DNA of 64,000 bases from NCBI GenBank assembly GCA_949298635.1, contig CASFXG010000003.1:5291-69290 (forward strand), given 5' to 3'. The notes beneath the pieces were generated by a model. It was not told the DNA's origin, searched no databases, and saw only the letters and a list, made by a program, of their open reading frames with translations. Position numbers and translations under genes: made by a program. The DNA is from an uncultured Coriobacteriaceae bacterium (GTDB lineage: Bacteria; Actinomycetota; Coriobacteriia; Coriobacteriales; Coriobacteriaceae). The stretch's first letter is position 1. Every line of letters begins with the position of its first letter. This document shows, piece after piece, positions 1-9,616 of this stretch.

Positions 1-917
1 GCGTAGACTTCGCGGCGGCGGCGAGAATAGCGCTGGGAGAGGCGCTTCGCGATTGCCGAAGCAGGCTCGCCCGCCTCGAGCGCCGCCTTGATATCCGCGC
101 GGAGGGCGGCATCGGGATCTTGACCGGACGCATCGTCACGAGCTACGTCGCACGCATATTCAGCCGAACATGCCGCAAGCTCCTCTTCCGTCGGCGGAGC
201 CACCACGATTACGATCTCGCCCTTGATCTGCTCACGGGCGGCCATCTCCTCATACAACGCAGGAGTCGAGCAACGCACGACCTCCTCGTGGAGTTTCGTG
301 AGCTCGCGGCAGAGCGCCGCCTCGCGTGCGGGGAACACCTTGGCGATCGACTCAAGCGTGGCGACGGCACGATGCGGGGATTCATAGAAGAGCAACGCCC
401 CGGGAACCGCCGCGAGCTGGCGGAGCCTGCGCTCGCGTTCAGCGGTTTTTCGCGGAAGAAACCCCTCGAAGAAGAAATGATCGCACGGGATGCCCGACGC
501 CACGAGCGCCGTCGCGCAGGCGACGGGGCCGGGAACGACCTCGACGGGCACGCCCTCCGCGCGCGCCGCATCAACGAGCACCTGCCCCGGGTCGGAAATA
601 CCCGGCATGCCGGCATCGGAGGCGTAGGCGAGCACATCGCCGTCGAGCATCCGCTCCACCAGACCGGGTGCGCGCGAAGCGATGACGTTCTCGTCGCAGC
701 GTATGAGCGGCCGCTCCACGCCGATATGCGCAAGCAGCTTCGAGGTGACGCGCGTGTCTTCGCAGCAGATCGCGTCGGCACGGCGAAATGCCTCCGCCGC
801 GCGCGGGCTCAAATCCCCAAGATTCCCGATGGGGGTACCGACCACCAGCAGGCAACCCTGACGAGATGCCGCTTGGCCTGGCACCGCAGCCTCACTCATA
901 GCCATCACATCGTCCAT
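1..917 (-). CDS. rsmI: 16S rRNA (cytidine1402-2'-O)-methyltransferase, runs off the left edge
   Basis: Manual minus-strand translation gives LLVVGTPIGNLGDLSPRA...CCEDTRVT...SDAGMPGISDPG...FFFEGFLP...FYESPHR...RELTKLHEE, the RsmI signatures. Absent from the ORF track because it has no stop in the window. In-frame ATGs at 917, 905 and 899. Confidence 0.93.
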   Translation of the reverse strand, partial: MDDVMAMSEAAVPGQAASRQGCLLVVGTPIGNLGDLSPRAAEAFRRADAICCEDTRVTSKLLAHIGVERPLIRCDENVIASRAPGLVERMLDGDVLAYASDAGMPGISDPGQVLVDAARAEGVPVEVVPGPVACATALVASGIPCDHFFFEGFLPRKTAERERRLRQLAAVPGALLFYESPHRAVATLESIAKVFPAREAALCRELTKLHEEVVRCSTPALYEEMAAREQIKGEIVIVVAPPTEEELAACSAEYACDVARDDASGQDPDAALRADIKAALEAGEPASAIAKRLSQRYSRRRREVY

Positions 918-920
918 CGA

Positions 921-1985
921 CTACTCGAGCATGGCGCGCTCAAGCGTGCCGAGCGCGACACGCGCATCCCACGCCGCGATGCGCTTCTCCGTCTTCCAGG
1001 TTTGGAAGAACCAGCCGCGTGCCTTCGCGAAGGACGCCATCTGGCTCGAGATGAAGACACGCTCAAACGCCGAGCGTCCCTCGGGCGTGATCGAGGCGTT
1101 CGTGAACACCGCCGCGCCAGACCATTCACCCACGATTGCGGGGAACCCTGCGGCGGCAGCTTCATCAATGAGGCGACGGTTACGCGCGATAGCGGACGAA
1201 AGCCCGCGCGGCGTGGTGATATCGAGCGCCATCTCATCGCGATAATGGTACAGATGGATGTCCATGCAGACATTCTTGTACTTGTCGCCGCTCATGAACC
1301 GCTTCCACGCGGCCGGATGGCCCGACGCCGAGAAGACGACCATCTTCGTCTCCGGCATGTGCAAGCGAACGATCTCGTAGGCATCGCGGTAGAAATTGCG
1401 CAGGTAATGGCTGGGAATGCCGTTCGAGGTGTGAAACAGCCCGGTGCGAACGCTCATGATGGGCGAATCCAGAAGCTCGATACCCATGAGCTCGGAATGC
1501 ATGCCATATCGGGAGGCGAGCTGGTCGAGCGTCGAAAGCGCGATGTGCCTGCCGTTCGTCGAGGAATGCCAATCCGCGACGGACTCCGGCGTGCTCTTCG
1601 AATTGTTTGAATCGCCCTGACCGCCGGGGACCGTTGCCAGGTCGAGCAGCACCCGCATGCCGAATTTCCGCGCCCATTCGAAAGCACGGTCGATATAGTC
1701 GACGGCAGAGATATAGACCTCAGACTCCCCTTGCGAGCCGAAGGCATACCACGGCACGGGAAGGCGGACGGCATTGAGGCCGATCGCCGCCATACGGCGA
1801 AAATCGTCCTCGGTAATGAACGTCTCGTAGTGTTGGCGGATACGTTCGTTGTATGCGACGGAGCCCATCACGGTCTGGAGCTCGGTCTCGTTCGTTGCCC
1901 CGGTCGCGGCAAACAGCGAGGGCGTCACCCATGGCTCGGGGATAAACCAGCCCGAAAGATTGACGCCGTGGATCCTATCCATCAT
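921..1985 (-). CDS. Glycoside hydrolase family 5 (exo-1,3-beta-glucanase-like) fold protein with altered acid/base motif
   Basis: GVNLSGWFIPEPWVTPSLF, FITEDDF, LNAVRLPVPW, VLLDL, DIHLY, VGEWS, GWFFQTWK. The usual ELLNEP reads ELLDSP. Confidence 0.85.
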   Translation of the reverse strand: MMDRIHGVNLSGWFIPEPWVTPSLFAATGATNETELQTVMGSVAYNERIRQHYETFITEDDFRRMAAIGLNAVRLPVPWYAFGSQGESEVYISAVDYIDRAFEWARKFGMRVLLDLATVPGGQGDSNNSKSTPESVADWHSSTNGRHIALSTLDQLASRYGMHSELMGIELLDSPIMSVRTGLFHTSNGIPSHYLRNFYRDAYEIVRLHMPETKMVVFSASGHPAAWKRFMSGDKYKNVCMDIHLYHYRDEMALDITTPRGLSSAIARNRRLIDEAAAAGFPAIVGEWSGAAVFTNASITPEGRSAFERVFISSQMASFAKARGWFFQTWKTEKRIAAWDARVALGTLERAMLE

Positions 1986-2092
1986 TCCCTCTCTCCCCAC
2001 CAAACGCGCGCTCCTTGCCGTCGCTCGGTGCTCGTTTGGACTAAGAGTATACCGCCTCTTCTCTGCTTTGTTGGGTAATCGAAGATTTTGAC

Positions 2093-2120
2093 TTGACGGG
2101 CGCGGACAATTTGGTATAGT
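2093..2120 (+). promoter_or_regulatory. Sigma70-type promoter of tRNA-Phe
   Basis: TTGACG (2093-2098), 16 nt, TATAGT (2115-2120) preceded by TGG; 23 nt upstream of the tRNA. Confidence 0.7.
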
Positions 2121-2143
2121 AATCGAGCTGTTGCTAGCAGCCC

Positions 2144-2219
<76 letters not shown>

Positions 2220-2231
2220 TAGAATCCGCAG

Positions 2232-2268
2232 GTAGACGGCTTGTCATTGACGAGCCGTCTACTTTTTT
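2232..2268 (+). terminator. Intrinsic terminator after tRNA-Phe
   Basis: GTAGACGGCT...AGCCGTCTAC stem followed by TTTTTT. Confidence 0.85.
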
Positions 2269-2335
2269 ATGCATGGTCGAACGCCGCTTGCAACCAGCTT
2301 TCCCGACCATAGGACGATATCCGAGAGGTCAGCAG

Positions 2336-2581
2336 CTAGGCTACGGCGGCCTTCCGGGCGGCACGACGGTGCGTGAGTGCTTCATCACAGAGCATCTTGA
2401 TGACGGCCTGGCGGTTGATTCCCAGGCATTCCGCCTCCGCATCAAGCTCCTCGATCATTCGAACCGGGAAATCGACGTTCACTCGCTTTGAACGATTCGG
2501 TCGCTCGGCAGCGTCAAAATCGAAGTGCTCCGCCATGTCCTCGCCAGAATCAAACGCTGTAATAAGCGAATCCTCAGCCAT
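2336..2581 (-). CDS. BrnA/CopG-like ribbon-helix-helix antitoxin, no cognate BrnT seen
   Basis: FDSGEDMAEHFDFDAAERPN..KRVNVDFPVRMIEELDAEAECLGINRQAVIK; RBS AAAGGAG upstream of ATG 2581. Confidence 0.75.
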   Translation of the reverse strand: MAEDSLITAFDSGEDMAEHFDFDAAERPNRSKRVNVDFPVRMIEELDAEAECLGINRQAVIKMLCDEALTHRRAARKAAVA

Positions 2582-2656
2582 GATATACACTCCTTTCCCG
2601 CTCTGTTGCCCATCTCGCCGAGATAAGCCGCACGTTTGCAATCATACGATAGCGAG

Positions 2657-2989
2657 CTACAGATCATGCAGCAGGCGCCGCTCATATGCGGCTCGATAGA
2701 CCTCCTGGTGCGTACGAACCCCAACCACGACGACCACCATGCGTCCCTTCCGGCGTTCGAGCTTGTAGACGACTCTGATGCCATCGGAGCGGAGCTTGAC
2801 TTTCATCATCCCGGTCAAATCGATTCCCTTATGCTTACCCAACGGTTTGCCGTAGCCGCCTTCGTTTACCGGGAGCGGATTTTGGGATACACGCTGAACT
2901 GCTTTGAATACGCGCTTGCGCACCGAAAGGTCGAGTCTCTTTAGGTCTGACTCAACCTCGGGCAAACGGTCTATCGTCCATCTTGTCAT
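2657..2989 (-). CDS. RelE/ParE-family type II toxin
   Basis: DLKRLD...NPLPVNEGGYGKPLG...KVKLRSDGIRVVYKL...VVVVGVR; 4-bp overlap with the upstream antitoxin. Confidence 0.88.
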   Translation of the reverse strand: MTRWTIDRLPEVESDLKRLDLSVRKRVFKAVQRVSQNPLPVNEGGYGKPLGKHKGIDLTGMMKVKLRSDGIRVVYKLERRKGRMVVVVVGVRTHQEVYRAAYERRLLHDL

Positions 2990-3309
2990 TCAAGCTCAAC
3001 CTCCGGCATAGCATCAAGCTCTTCCTGCGTGATGCCGAACTCGTCCATCAGCTCATCCCATGGCCTATAGTCCTCCGGCCCATGCTTCGCGAGACGCTCC
3101 TGCGCAAGCTCAAGTAAGTACAAATCCTCGGCGGCCTCCATGAGCCGCTGGTATTCCTTGACATCAACGATTACGGCGGCGGGAGCGTTGTTCTTCATCA
3201 CGACGACCGTCGCCCCATCCATGACGCGCGAAAAAATCTTGGACGACTTTCCATGGTTGAAATCGCTGATAGAAACCGTGTTCTTAAGCAAATCGCTTAC
3301 CGACATCAT
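2986..3309 (-). CDS. Phd/YefM-family antitoxin
   Basis: VSISDFNHGKSSKIF...VVVMKNNAPAAVIVDVKEY; acidic C-terminus; RBS AAGGAG. Confidence 0.88.
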   Translation of the reverse strand: MMSVSDLLKNTVSISDFNHGKSSKIFSRVMDGATVVVMKNNAPAAVIVDVKEYQRLMEAAEDLYLLELAQERLAKHGPEDYRPWDELMDEFGITQEELDAMPEVELE

Positions 3310-3355
3310 GATGAAACTCCTTTGTAGTGGTCCCTCCCTATACATCGTATCTACT

Positions 3356-3388
3356 ATCTTATATACATTCATATTTGAACTCAAATAT
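3356..3388 (-). promoter_or_regulatory. TA promoter with overlapping operator palindrome
   Basis: Minus strand TTGAGT-N17-TAAGAT; palindrome ATATTTGA-AC-TCAAATAT (3371-3388) covers the -35 box. Confidence 0.7.
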
Positions 3389-3410
3389 ACTTTTGAATCT
3401 GAATATGTCC

Positions 3411-3773
3411 TCATGGCGCAATTCTCTCAATCACCGAAGCGGCCTCGCGACACGAGAGCACGCGCCATGGGGCAACCTCGCGGCAAACCGCGAGGACCTC
3501 GCCCGTTTGAGACAGAAATGCCACATCGAGCGCCCGTCGCATGAAGCAGGTGTGGATCGATCTGCAGCGCGGAAACCCCATGGCGACTGCTTCGGAATGC
3601 GCATTTCGAACACCATATGAGCGAGGGATCATGCCGAGCAGCCTCGTCCAGGGGCGATTTGCCACCACCAGATGCGCTGACTTCCAGCCAAGACAGGTCA
3701 TGGCGTGCCTGAACCCATACGGATCGAGCGCGCCCTTTGCCCGCTTTCTGCCATATTGCAAGCAGCCGCACAT
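3411..3773 (-). CDS. DUF192-domain protein, last gene of the Tad operon
   Basis: VANRPWTRLLGM...FPRCRSIHTCFMRRALDVAFL...VAPWR...VIE. Confidence 0.8.
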   Translation of the reverse strand: MCGCLQYGRKRAKGALDPYGFRHAMTCLGWKSAHLVVANRPWTRLLGMIPRSYGVRNAHSEAVAMGFPRCRSIHTCFMRRALDVAFLSQTGEVLAVCREVAPWRVLSCREAASVIERIAP

Positions 3774-3774
3774 C

Positions 3775-4329
3775 CTACATCACCACCCCAGGGCGCCACG
3801 GATCGACCGTCACCTCGCGAGCATGCTCGAGCACGACGGGCGCGCCCATATCCACGCCGGCGAGCACGATGTTTCCCGGCCAGGGAACATACTTCATGAC
3901 GCAGTGGTATGTCCTCTGCCCTCCAACGAGCGAAAACACGGAGCCGGCGCCCGAGCTCCCCTCTTCCGCGCACGTGACCTCAATCTCCACGTCATATGAA
4001 CCCATCGCCTCCGAAAGCTCCGCTGCAACCATATCCGCAACCGACCTGCCCTGATCGTCGACGCCAGCCGGCGAGGCGGCATGAGCAAGCACGATATCGG
4101 GTGCCACCCGGTCGAACCGTGCCGTCGCGGAAAGAAACATCATGATGTTGTAGACGATGAGCGCAAGCACAATGAGCACCGGTGCCACGACCGCCATCTC
4201 AACGGTTGCCTGTGCACACGTCTCACGATGAAGGGACGTAGCGTGTGCTAGATGCGGCCGACGCACCTCTCGAAGGAACCGCGGCACAATCGCCCTTGTG
4301 CGCCGTTCACGCCTTCTACGCTCATTCAT
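3775..4329 (-). CDS. TadE/F-like pseudopilin
   Basis: AQATVEMAVVAPVLIVLALIV prepilin-like motif and hydrophobic helix. Confidence 0.75.
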   Translation of the reverse strand: MNERRRRERRTRAIVPRFLREVRRPHLAHATSLHRETCAQATVEMAVVAPVLIVLALIVYNIMMFLSATARFDRVAPDIVLAHAASPAGVDDQGRSVADMVAAELSEAMGSYDVEIEVTCAEEGSSGAGSVFSLVGGQRTYHCVMKYVPWPGNIVLAGVDMGAPVVLEHAREVTVDPWRPGVVM

Positions 4330-6377
4330 CCTGAACCTCCCCCGCCTACGACGCCCATCACGTCCCGCACGCGAATCGTGAGCGGAATCGTGGTGCCACC
4401 CGGCAGCGGGATTTCTGCGATGGTGATGCTGGCATCGAGCATCTGCTCTTCGACCTCGTAGCCAATCGCTTGCAAGACGTCCGCGGGATCCGTCGAGCCA
4501 ATCGGTAGCGAGCGCAGCAGTTCCTGGGCGTTGGAAAGCGCCAAGACATCGGCGTGCGCGAGCACGTTGCTACTATCCGTGAGCACGGGTTTGAGCGAGC
4601 TCAAATCGACCGGCTCGAATCCAAGCGCTCGCACGGCGCCGTCAACGCGATCGCTCAACCATGTTGCCAAAGGCCCCATCCCGAACGACGTGAGACCTCC
4701 GAGCAAATCGTCCATGAGCTCGGACAATCCCTTGCTCATGTCTCCATAGGCGACGAGTACCTTGCCCCACAGCCCCATCACGTCATCGATGAGTCCCGCC
4801 ACGCCACCTCCATCCGTACGTGAGGACAGCGACGAAAAGAACGAGGCGAGGACGTTGCTCTCGTCGGTCGCGGCGTCCGGCGCAAGCGCGGCGGCGGAAA
4901 TCGCTCCCTGCACCCCGCCGTCTGGCTGAGCGGCGAAGGTCGTCGAAAGCTCCCCGGGAGCCTGCACCTCGCTCGACACCACCACTGCGATTGCGCCGTA
5001 CCTCCCAGGCGGCGCGATGCGCGGGCGACGAGCCGCAAGCGCATCGAGCGCGGCGTCGAACGCGTCGCCTGCATCTTCGGAGGCGCCGCGCGCCTTCTGC
5101 TCGAGCTCGATCTCATGCTCCCGGCACGTCTCGTATTCGTCGAGCGCCAGCGTGAATTCGCGAAGATGATACTCGTAGCCGTTATCGATGGATGTCGATG
5201 CTGCGGGAACCTTCCCTACGTCCCCGATGCTGAATTTGCACACCGGACACTCCCGTACACGCCCCGCATCGATATCCTCCAGCGCCGCCATGCCACCAGA
5301 AGCCCCTTGGGCTCCAGGGCACTCCATGCCATAGTGAAGCGTTCTGCCGGCATCCTCCTGCGTCGTCGGCCATGAGGCGTCGGTGTAGAGCGTCGTCGCA
5401 CGCGCCTCACTCGTGTTCTTCGGAAGCAGCGGAACAGAAACCGTCACGCCGGTATCCGTTTCGATCACCGCAGCGGAGGTGAACTCTTCTGCAGCGAATG
5501 CGTAAAACGCCTTGCGCGCAGCGGAGTCCGCCACAGCCTCGACGCCAGACCCTTCAGGCATATCATTTTCCAAACGCCATCGGTAATATGCGCGCGTGCG
5601 ATCGAGCGCCACGTTGGGATCCCAGGTGAGACTCGACGCGTAATCTGGATTCTGCGCAGTGGAAAGACCGGAGAGCCGCGCGGCGCGCTCCTGCATATTC
5701 CGCCCTTCCCTCCCGCAGTCGGCAAGCCACGCAGCCTCCTTCGCCTGCGCGGTCTTCTCTTGCGCTTCGGCGAGCTCATCTGCCGCAACGTCTAGCTCAT
5801 CCGCCGTATCCTCGATCGCGCTGGTGGAGACCTCGTCGCCCTCGAGCGCGGGAAACTCAGACGCAGATGCGCGCGGCACGGCGAGGGCAGTTCCCGTATA
5901 CGACACCGCATCCCCCGATTGTGCTGCGCACGTACGCGTACCATTCGCCGCCACGAGAAACGGCAGAGCAGATTCAAGCGTCTTGAGACCGCGCGATGCA
6001 GAGGCGGCAAGGCTGTTCCGCGCGTTGAGCATCCTGATTCCTACGTCAATCGTTTGCGCGGCGAATGCGTTCACGCCGGGTATGAGCAGCCCCACGAGCC
6101 CTACGCCTGTAACGCAGAGCCCGGCAAGCCCCATGCTAAGCACCGCGGCATCGAGCACCGTCGCTGTCGTGTGATACGAAGAGACGACGTTTGCACCAGC
6201 AAGCGCTGTCGCATCGGCCGCAACCTGTACATCACCCGAACGTGACATGCTCCAGATGCCGCTCGCAACGGCGAATAGAAGCGAGAGCGTCACAAGGATC
6301 GAAACAGCCGCGGCAAGGCTCGTATACGCACCATCCTCAATAAAGAGCTCAATTCCACCGACGAACCCACGTCTCAT
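4326..6377 (-). CDS. Large TadG-like pilus-associated protein
   Basis: EDGAYTS + TM helix + VQVAADATALAGA (TadG N-terminal motif); coiled coil and H..C...CPVC motif. Start uncertain (6377 or 6410). Confidence 0.65.
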   Translation of the reverse strand: MRRGFVGGIELFIEDGAYTSLAAAVSILVTLSLLFAVASGIWSMSRSGDVQVAADATALAGANVVSSYHTTATVLDAAVLSMGLAGLCVTGVGLVGLLIPGVNAFAAQTIDVGIRMLNARNSLAASASRGLKTLESALPFLVAANGTRTCAAQSGDAVSYTGTALAVPRASASEFPALEGDEVSTSAIEDTADELDVAADELAEAQEKTAQAKEAAWLADCGREGRNMQERAARLSGLSTAQNPDYASSLTWDPNVALDRTRAYYRWRLENDMPEGSGVEAVADSAARKAFYAFAAEEFTSAAVIETDTGVTVSVPLLPKNTSEARATTLYTDASWPTTQEDAGRTLHYGMECPGAQGASGGMAALEDIDAGRVRECPVCKFSIGDVGKVPAASTSIDNGYEYHLREFTLALDEYETCREHEIELEQKARGASEDAGDAFDAALDALAARRPRIAPPGRYGAIAVVVSSEVQAPGELSTTFAAQPDGGVQGAISAAALAPDAATDESNVLASFFSSLSSRTDGGGVAGLIDDVMGLWGKVLVAYGDMSKGLSELMDDLLGGLTSFGMGPLATWLSDRVDGAVRALGFEPVDLSSLKPVLTDSSNVLAHADVLALSNAQELLRSLPIGSTDPADVLQAIGYEVEEQMLDASITIAEIPLPGGTTIPLTIRVRDVMGVVGGGGSG

Positions 6378-6834
6378 AGCTCCCCTCGAGCCAGCTCGGT
6401 CTTCCCGCATAGCTCACCTCCACGCGCATCTCGACATCGCCCTGCCCGTTCGTCGTACCCAGCGCCCCGGCAAACGCGCCAAGTACTGGAAGCGGCGTCA
6501 CCGCACCCGTAATCGCAGCCGTCACCGTCCCCTCCTCGTCGGCACGGATGAGCTCGATATCCCATGCGAGCGAGCCCCCTGCATGAAAGATCGAGAGGTT
6601 GGGGACGGCGGAGAGCCTGCGAAGGGCGAACGCTTCGCAGGAATCCATCGCCTCTCCGTCCGTTGTGACCATAAGCCGCGCCGTTTCGCTTGCCGCCGCC
6701 TCCATGACCGAACGCGTATACAGCATGCAGAGTGGCTGCAGCGCCAACAGCAGCAACGTAAGAAACGTCGGGAGGAGCAGGGCGGCTTCTACTGTTGCCT
6801 GCGCCGCATCTTCGCGAATGCCCATCGGTTCCAC
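6349..6834 (-). CDS. tadE: TadE-family pseudopilin
   Basis: AQATVEAALLLPTFLTLLLLALQ...AAASETAR. Confidence 0.82.
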   Translation of the reverse strand: MEPMGIREDAAQATVEAALLLPTFLTLLLLALQPLCMLYTRSVMEAAASETARLMVTTDGEAMDSCEAFALRRLSAVPNLSIFHAGGSLAWDIELIRADEEGTVTAAITGAVTPLPVLGAFAGALGTTNGQGDVEMRVEVSYAGRPSWLEGSYETWVRRWN

Positions 6835-6852
6835 CCCCCCTCATCCCTCGTT

Positions 6853-7113
6853 CTAGTACAGTGCGATATCGAGCAGACCCATCCCATCGAGCACGTGCGA
6901 GCAAGCGTCTTCCACCAGTTGTGCCAGTGCGCCCGTCTCGCCCGCACGCCACAGCAGCGCGAGCGCGACGACGACCGCCATGAGTGCCGCGATGGTCAAG
7001 GCGTACTCGAGCGTCGCTTGTGCGCGCTCATCGAAGGCTGCTTCCCGCGCCCTTGCAAGGCGCTGTCCGCAACGACGCATCACGCCTACCGTCCAGTCGT
7101 CATGCATGTGCAT
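6853..7113 (-). CDS. Small Flp-like pilin/pseudopilin
   Basis: DERAQATLEYALTIAALMAVVVAL. Confidence 0.7.
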   Translation of the reverse strand: MHMHDDWTVGVMRRCGQRLARAREAAFDERAQATLEYALTIAALMAVVVALALLWRAGETGALAQLVEDACSHVLDGMGLLDIALY

Positions 7114-7121
7114 GGTGCCTC

Positions 7122-7715
7122 CTATTCACCCTGCCGAGTCGTCCCGCTCGATAACCGCATCACCCGGGCAGTTGATGCGTCGTCGCCCTCCTCCGCCACG
7201 ACCGTGACGATATCTACCCATCCGCTCTCGTCGAGCACGATGGCGCCCCATGCGTTTCCCTTAAGATCGAAGTATCCGCTCGTCATGAGCTGAGCGCCGG
7301 AAACTCCCTGGTACGCGCGAAGCACGTCGGCGGCGAGCTCGTTGATGGGCTGTTCCGAAGTCCAGGTACACGACGCTTCGCCATCTGCATGCATCGACGC
7401 GACATGGTCGAGTTTTGCCAGAAACGAACTCGTATCAAGCACGCGTCCTTCAGTCAGCGCAACATCCTCCTCCTGCGAATTTCTGCTCGGCACTTCAGAC
7501 TCTTCGCTCGGCGTGCGATCACTCGAAACGGCACCTGATCCTGCTCTTTGAGCAACAGCGGAATCCGATGTCGTCCTAGAAGGCAACGCAGCTCCCAGCC
7601 AAAGTGCACACGCCGCGCAGATCAGGCAGAGCGCCGGCGCCAGCCAACGCAGGCGAAGCGCCTTGCGCGGTTCCGTCGCACCCGCACCTCGCTCCATATC
7701 CTTTCCCCGCATCAA
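7122..7715 (-). CDS. Hypothetical membrane-anchored protein in the Tad operon
   Basis: N-terminal TM helix, Ser-rich linker; co-oriented and tightly spaced with neighbours. Confidence 0.6.
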   Translation of the reverse strand: MMRGKDMERGAGATEPRKALRLRWLAPALCLICAACALWLGAALPSRTTSDSAVAQRAGSGAVSSDRTPSEESEVPSRNSQEEDVALTEGRVLDTSSFLAKLDHVASMHADGEASCTWTSEQPINELAADVLRAYQGVSGAQLMTSGYFDLKGNAWGAIVLDESGWVDIVTVVAEEGDDASTARVMRLSSGTTRQGE

Positions 7716-7726
7716 CGCATACCTTG

Positions 7727-7954
7727 CTACAGGCTGTTGATACCGTTAGCGATGGCATCCCAGAGCTCCGTCACCTTACCGCGAAACGCTACGATGGCCA
7801 GAATGGCGATGACGACGAGAACTCCTACGAGAATCGCGTATTCCGTCGTGCCCTGACCGGATTCCTCGGCAGCAAGGCTGCGCACCTTGCGGAAAGTGTC
7901 GACCGACACAGCGGGTACCTTCGAGATGAACCCTTCGAGAATCTGCTTTCCCAT
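7727..7954 (-). CDS. flp: Flp family type IVb major pilin
   Basis: EESGQGTTEYAILVGVLVVIAILAI Flp motif; RBS GAGGAGG. Confidence 0.9.
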   Translation of the reverse strand: MGKQILEGFISKVPAVSVDTFRKVRSLAAEESGQGTTEYAILVGVLVVIAILAIVAFRGKVTELWDAIANGINSL

Positions 7955-7964
7955 AACAACCTCC

Positions 7965-8606
7965 TCACAACATGCCGCTCGCAGCGAGCAGCGGTCCTAC
8001 AATTGAAAGCAAGAGCGCCGGCAAGATGAGCGTTCCGGTAGGTATGAGCAGCTTGACCGGTGCCCGTTCGATATCCCGTTCTATCTGCGCGCGATGGGCG
8101 GAGCGAATCTCCCGACTCTGCGCAGCAAGCGTTTCGGAAAGCGGCGAGCCCAGCTTCAGCGCCTGATCGACCGCGATGCCAAACGATTCCAGCGAGCGCT
8201 CTCCTAGGTCGCAGGCCGCGCGTTCGAGCTCCTCCCCGCGCGCCGCTATCCCCATCTGCCAGGACAACCGTGCCCGCATCATGCGGTCTGGCAGCGCGCC
8301 CGTTCGATGCGTGCAATACAGCTCGAGTGCAGCATCGAACGAAAGCCCGGCAGAAAGCCCGAGGCGCACCACATCGACCATCTCGGCGATATCCCCCAGA
8401 ACGACCTTTTCGCGACTCCCGCCCGCGAAGCGTCCGGCAAGCGAACGGATGGCGGCGACCACCAACGAACCTTCTCGCTTCGCCTCGCCAACACCGTGCG
8501 CGAGCAGCGCCCGAAGCCACGCCTTATCCTCTCCCCTCCAGCTTGTCGCCATCCAGGCTGCAGCCATCACGGCCGCACCGATGGGCAGCGCGTCCACGAC
8601 TATCAC
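7965..8606 (-). CDS. tadC: TadC (T2SS F family) platform protein
   Basis: GLSAGLSFDAAL...QALKLGSPLSETL...ERAPVKLLIP..LILPALLL; GTG start overlaps the tadB stop. Confidence 0.85.
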   Translation of the reverse strand: MIVVDALPIGAAVMAAAWMATSWRGEDKAWLRALLAHGVGEAKREGSLVVAAIRSLAGRFAGGSREKVVLGDIAEMVDVVRLGLSAGLSFDAALELYCTHRTGALPDRMMRARLSWQMGIAARGEELERAACDLGERSLESFGIAVDQALKLGSPLSETLAAQSREIRSAHRAQIERDIERAPVKLLIPTGTLILPALLLSIVGPLLAASGML

Positions 8607-9616
8607 CCCACATCGATCCTCATAATCTTTCGGATGATCATCCATGCGCAGATATCCAGCGCGAATGCGACCGCGACGCTTCCCGCCCCAAGGGGCGTGG
8701 CGATGCCGCGACGAAAATCTGCGGAAACCGTCGCCAGCGCGCATGCCATGGCAACGGGCATCCATGCGACGAGGCGCGCGGACATTCTCGCCTGTGACGT
8801 CTTGACCTCAAGCTGGCGCGTAAGCGCGATACGTTCGTTGGCCATATCGGCGGCTTCCGCAAGGAGCCCACGGAGCGGCGCGCCCGTGCGCTGCGAGATC
8901 TTGAGTGCGAGCGACACCAAGCCAAGACCTGGCGCGGGAAGCCGATCGAGCAGGTCGTCGAGGACATCGGATGCAGGGACGCCGCATTCGATAGCGCAGG
9001 CGACGCGCAGGAACTCGCCGCGCACGGGTTCCTCGGCATGACTGCCCACGAAACGCATCCCCTGCGCAAGCGTATGCCCAGAACCCAGCGCGATGGAAAG
9101 CGCTGCGAACGCCTCCGGCATCGCCGCGGCGACACGACGGCGTTCCTCATGCGCACGGTGCGTCGCACGAAGACGCAGATATGCAACGACCGCCACAGCA
9201 CCCACTACAACACCCAGCACCGACCCTAGACCAATCGATCCCGCGAGCCCGCCAGCCAGCACCGCGGCGACAAGTACGCCCATCTCGAAATCACGCACAG
9301 GAACGCGCGCCGCGGGGATAGCTTCAGACGATGATGCGCCGAGCAGCACCTTGATAACCCGAGCGAACAATTGCGTCTGTCGAAGCTCGTCCCGGCAGAT
9401 CCTCACGGCCGCGGCATCGCGAACCGCGACGGGCACCGACGCGCCCGCTCGGCAAAGCAGGACAACGACAGCTTCTTGCGCGCCGCCTCCACGAACCCCG
9501 CCCTGGAGCGTGCCTCCTATCCAGATCCCCTCCCCATTTCGGGGAAGGCACCCCGTTATGGTGAAAACGCCTCCTGCAACGGCTCCCGCGATCATCATGG
9601 GCACATAGTCCGCCAT
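8603..9616 (-). CDS. tadB: TadB (T2SS F family) platform protein
   Basis: MPEAFAALSIALGSGHTLAQG...SQRTGAPL...VKTSQARMSARLVAWMP. Confidence 0.85.
   Translation of the reverse strand: MADYVPMMIAGAVAGGVFTITGCLPRNGEGIWIGGTLQGGVRGGGAQEAVVVLLCRAGASVPVAVRDAAAVRICRDELRQTQLFARVIKVLLGASSSEAIPAARVPVRDFEMGVLVAAVLAGGLAGSIGLGSVLGVVVGAVAVVAYLRLRATHRAHEERRRVAAAMPEAFAALSIALGSGHTLAQGMRFVGSHAEEPVRGEFLRVACAIECGVPASDVLDDLLDRLPAPGLGLVSLALKISQRTGAPLRGLLAEAADMANERIALTRQLEVKTSQARMSARLVAWMPVAMACALATVSADFRRGIATPLGAGSVAVAFALDICAWMIIRKIMRIDVG

Noticed and set aside
120-1610. 496-aa plus-strand ORF
   Set aside because: Antisense shadow of rsmI and GH5; Arg/His-rich with no motifs, typical of high-GC DNA.
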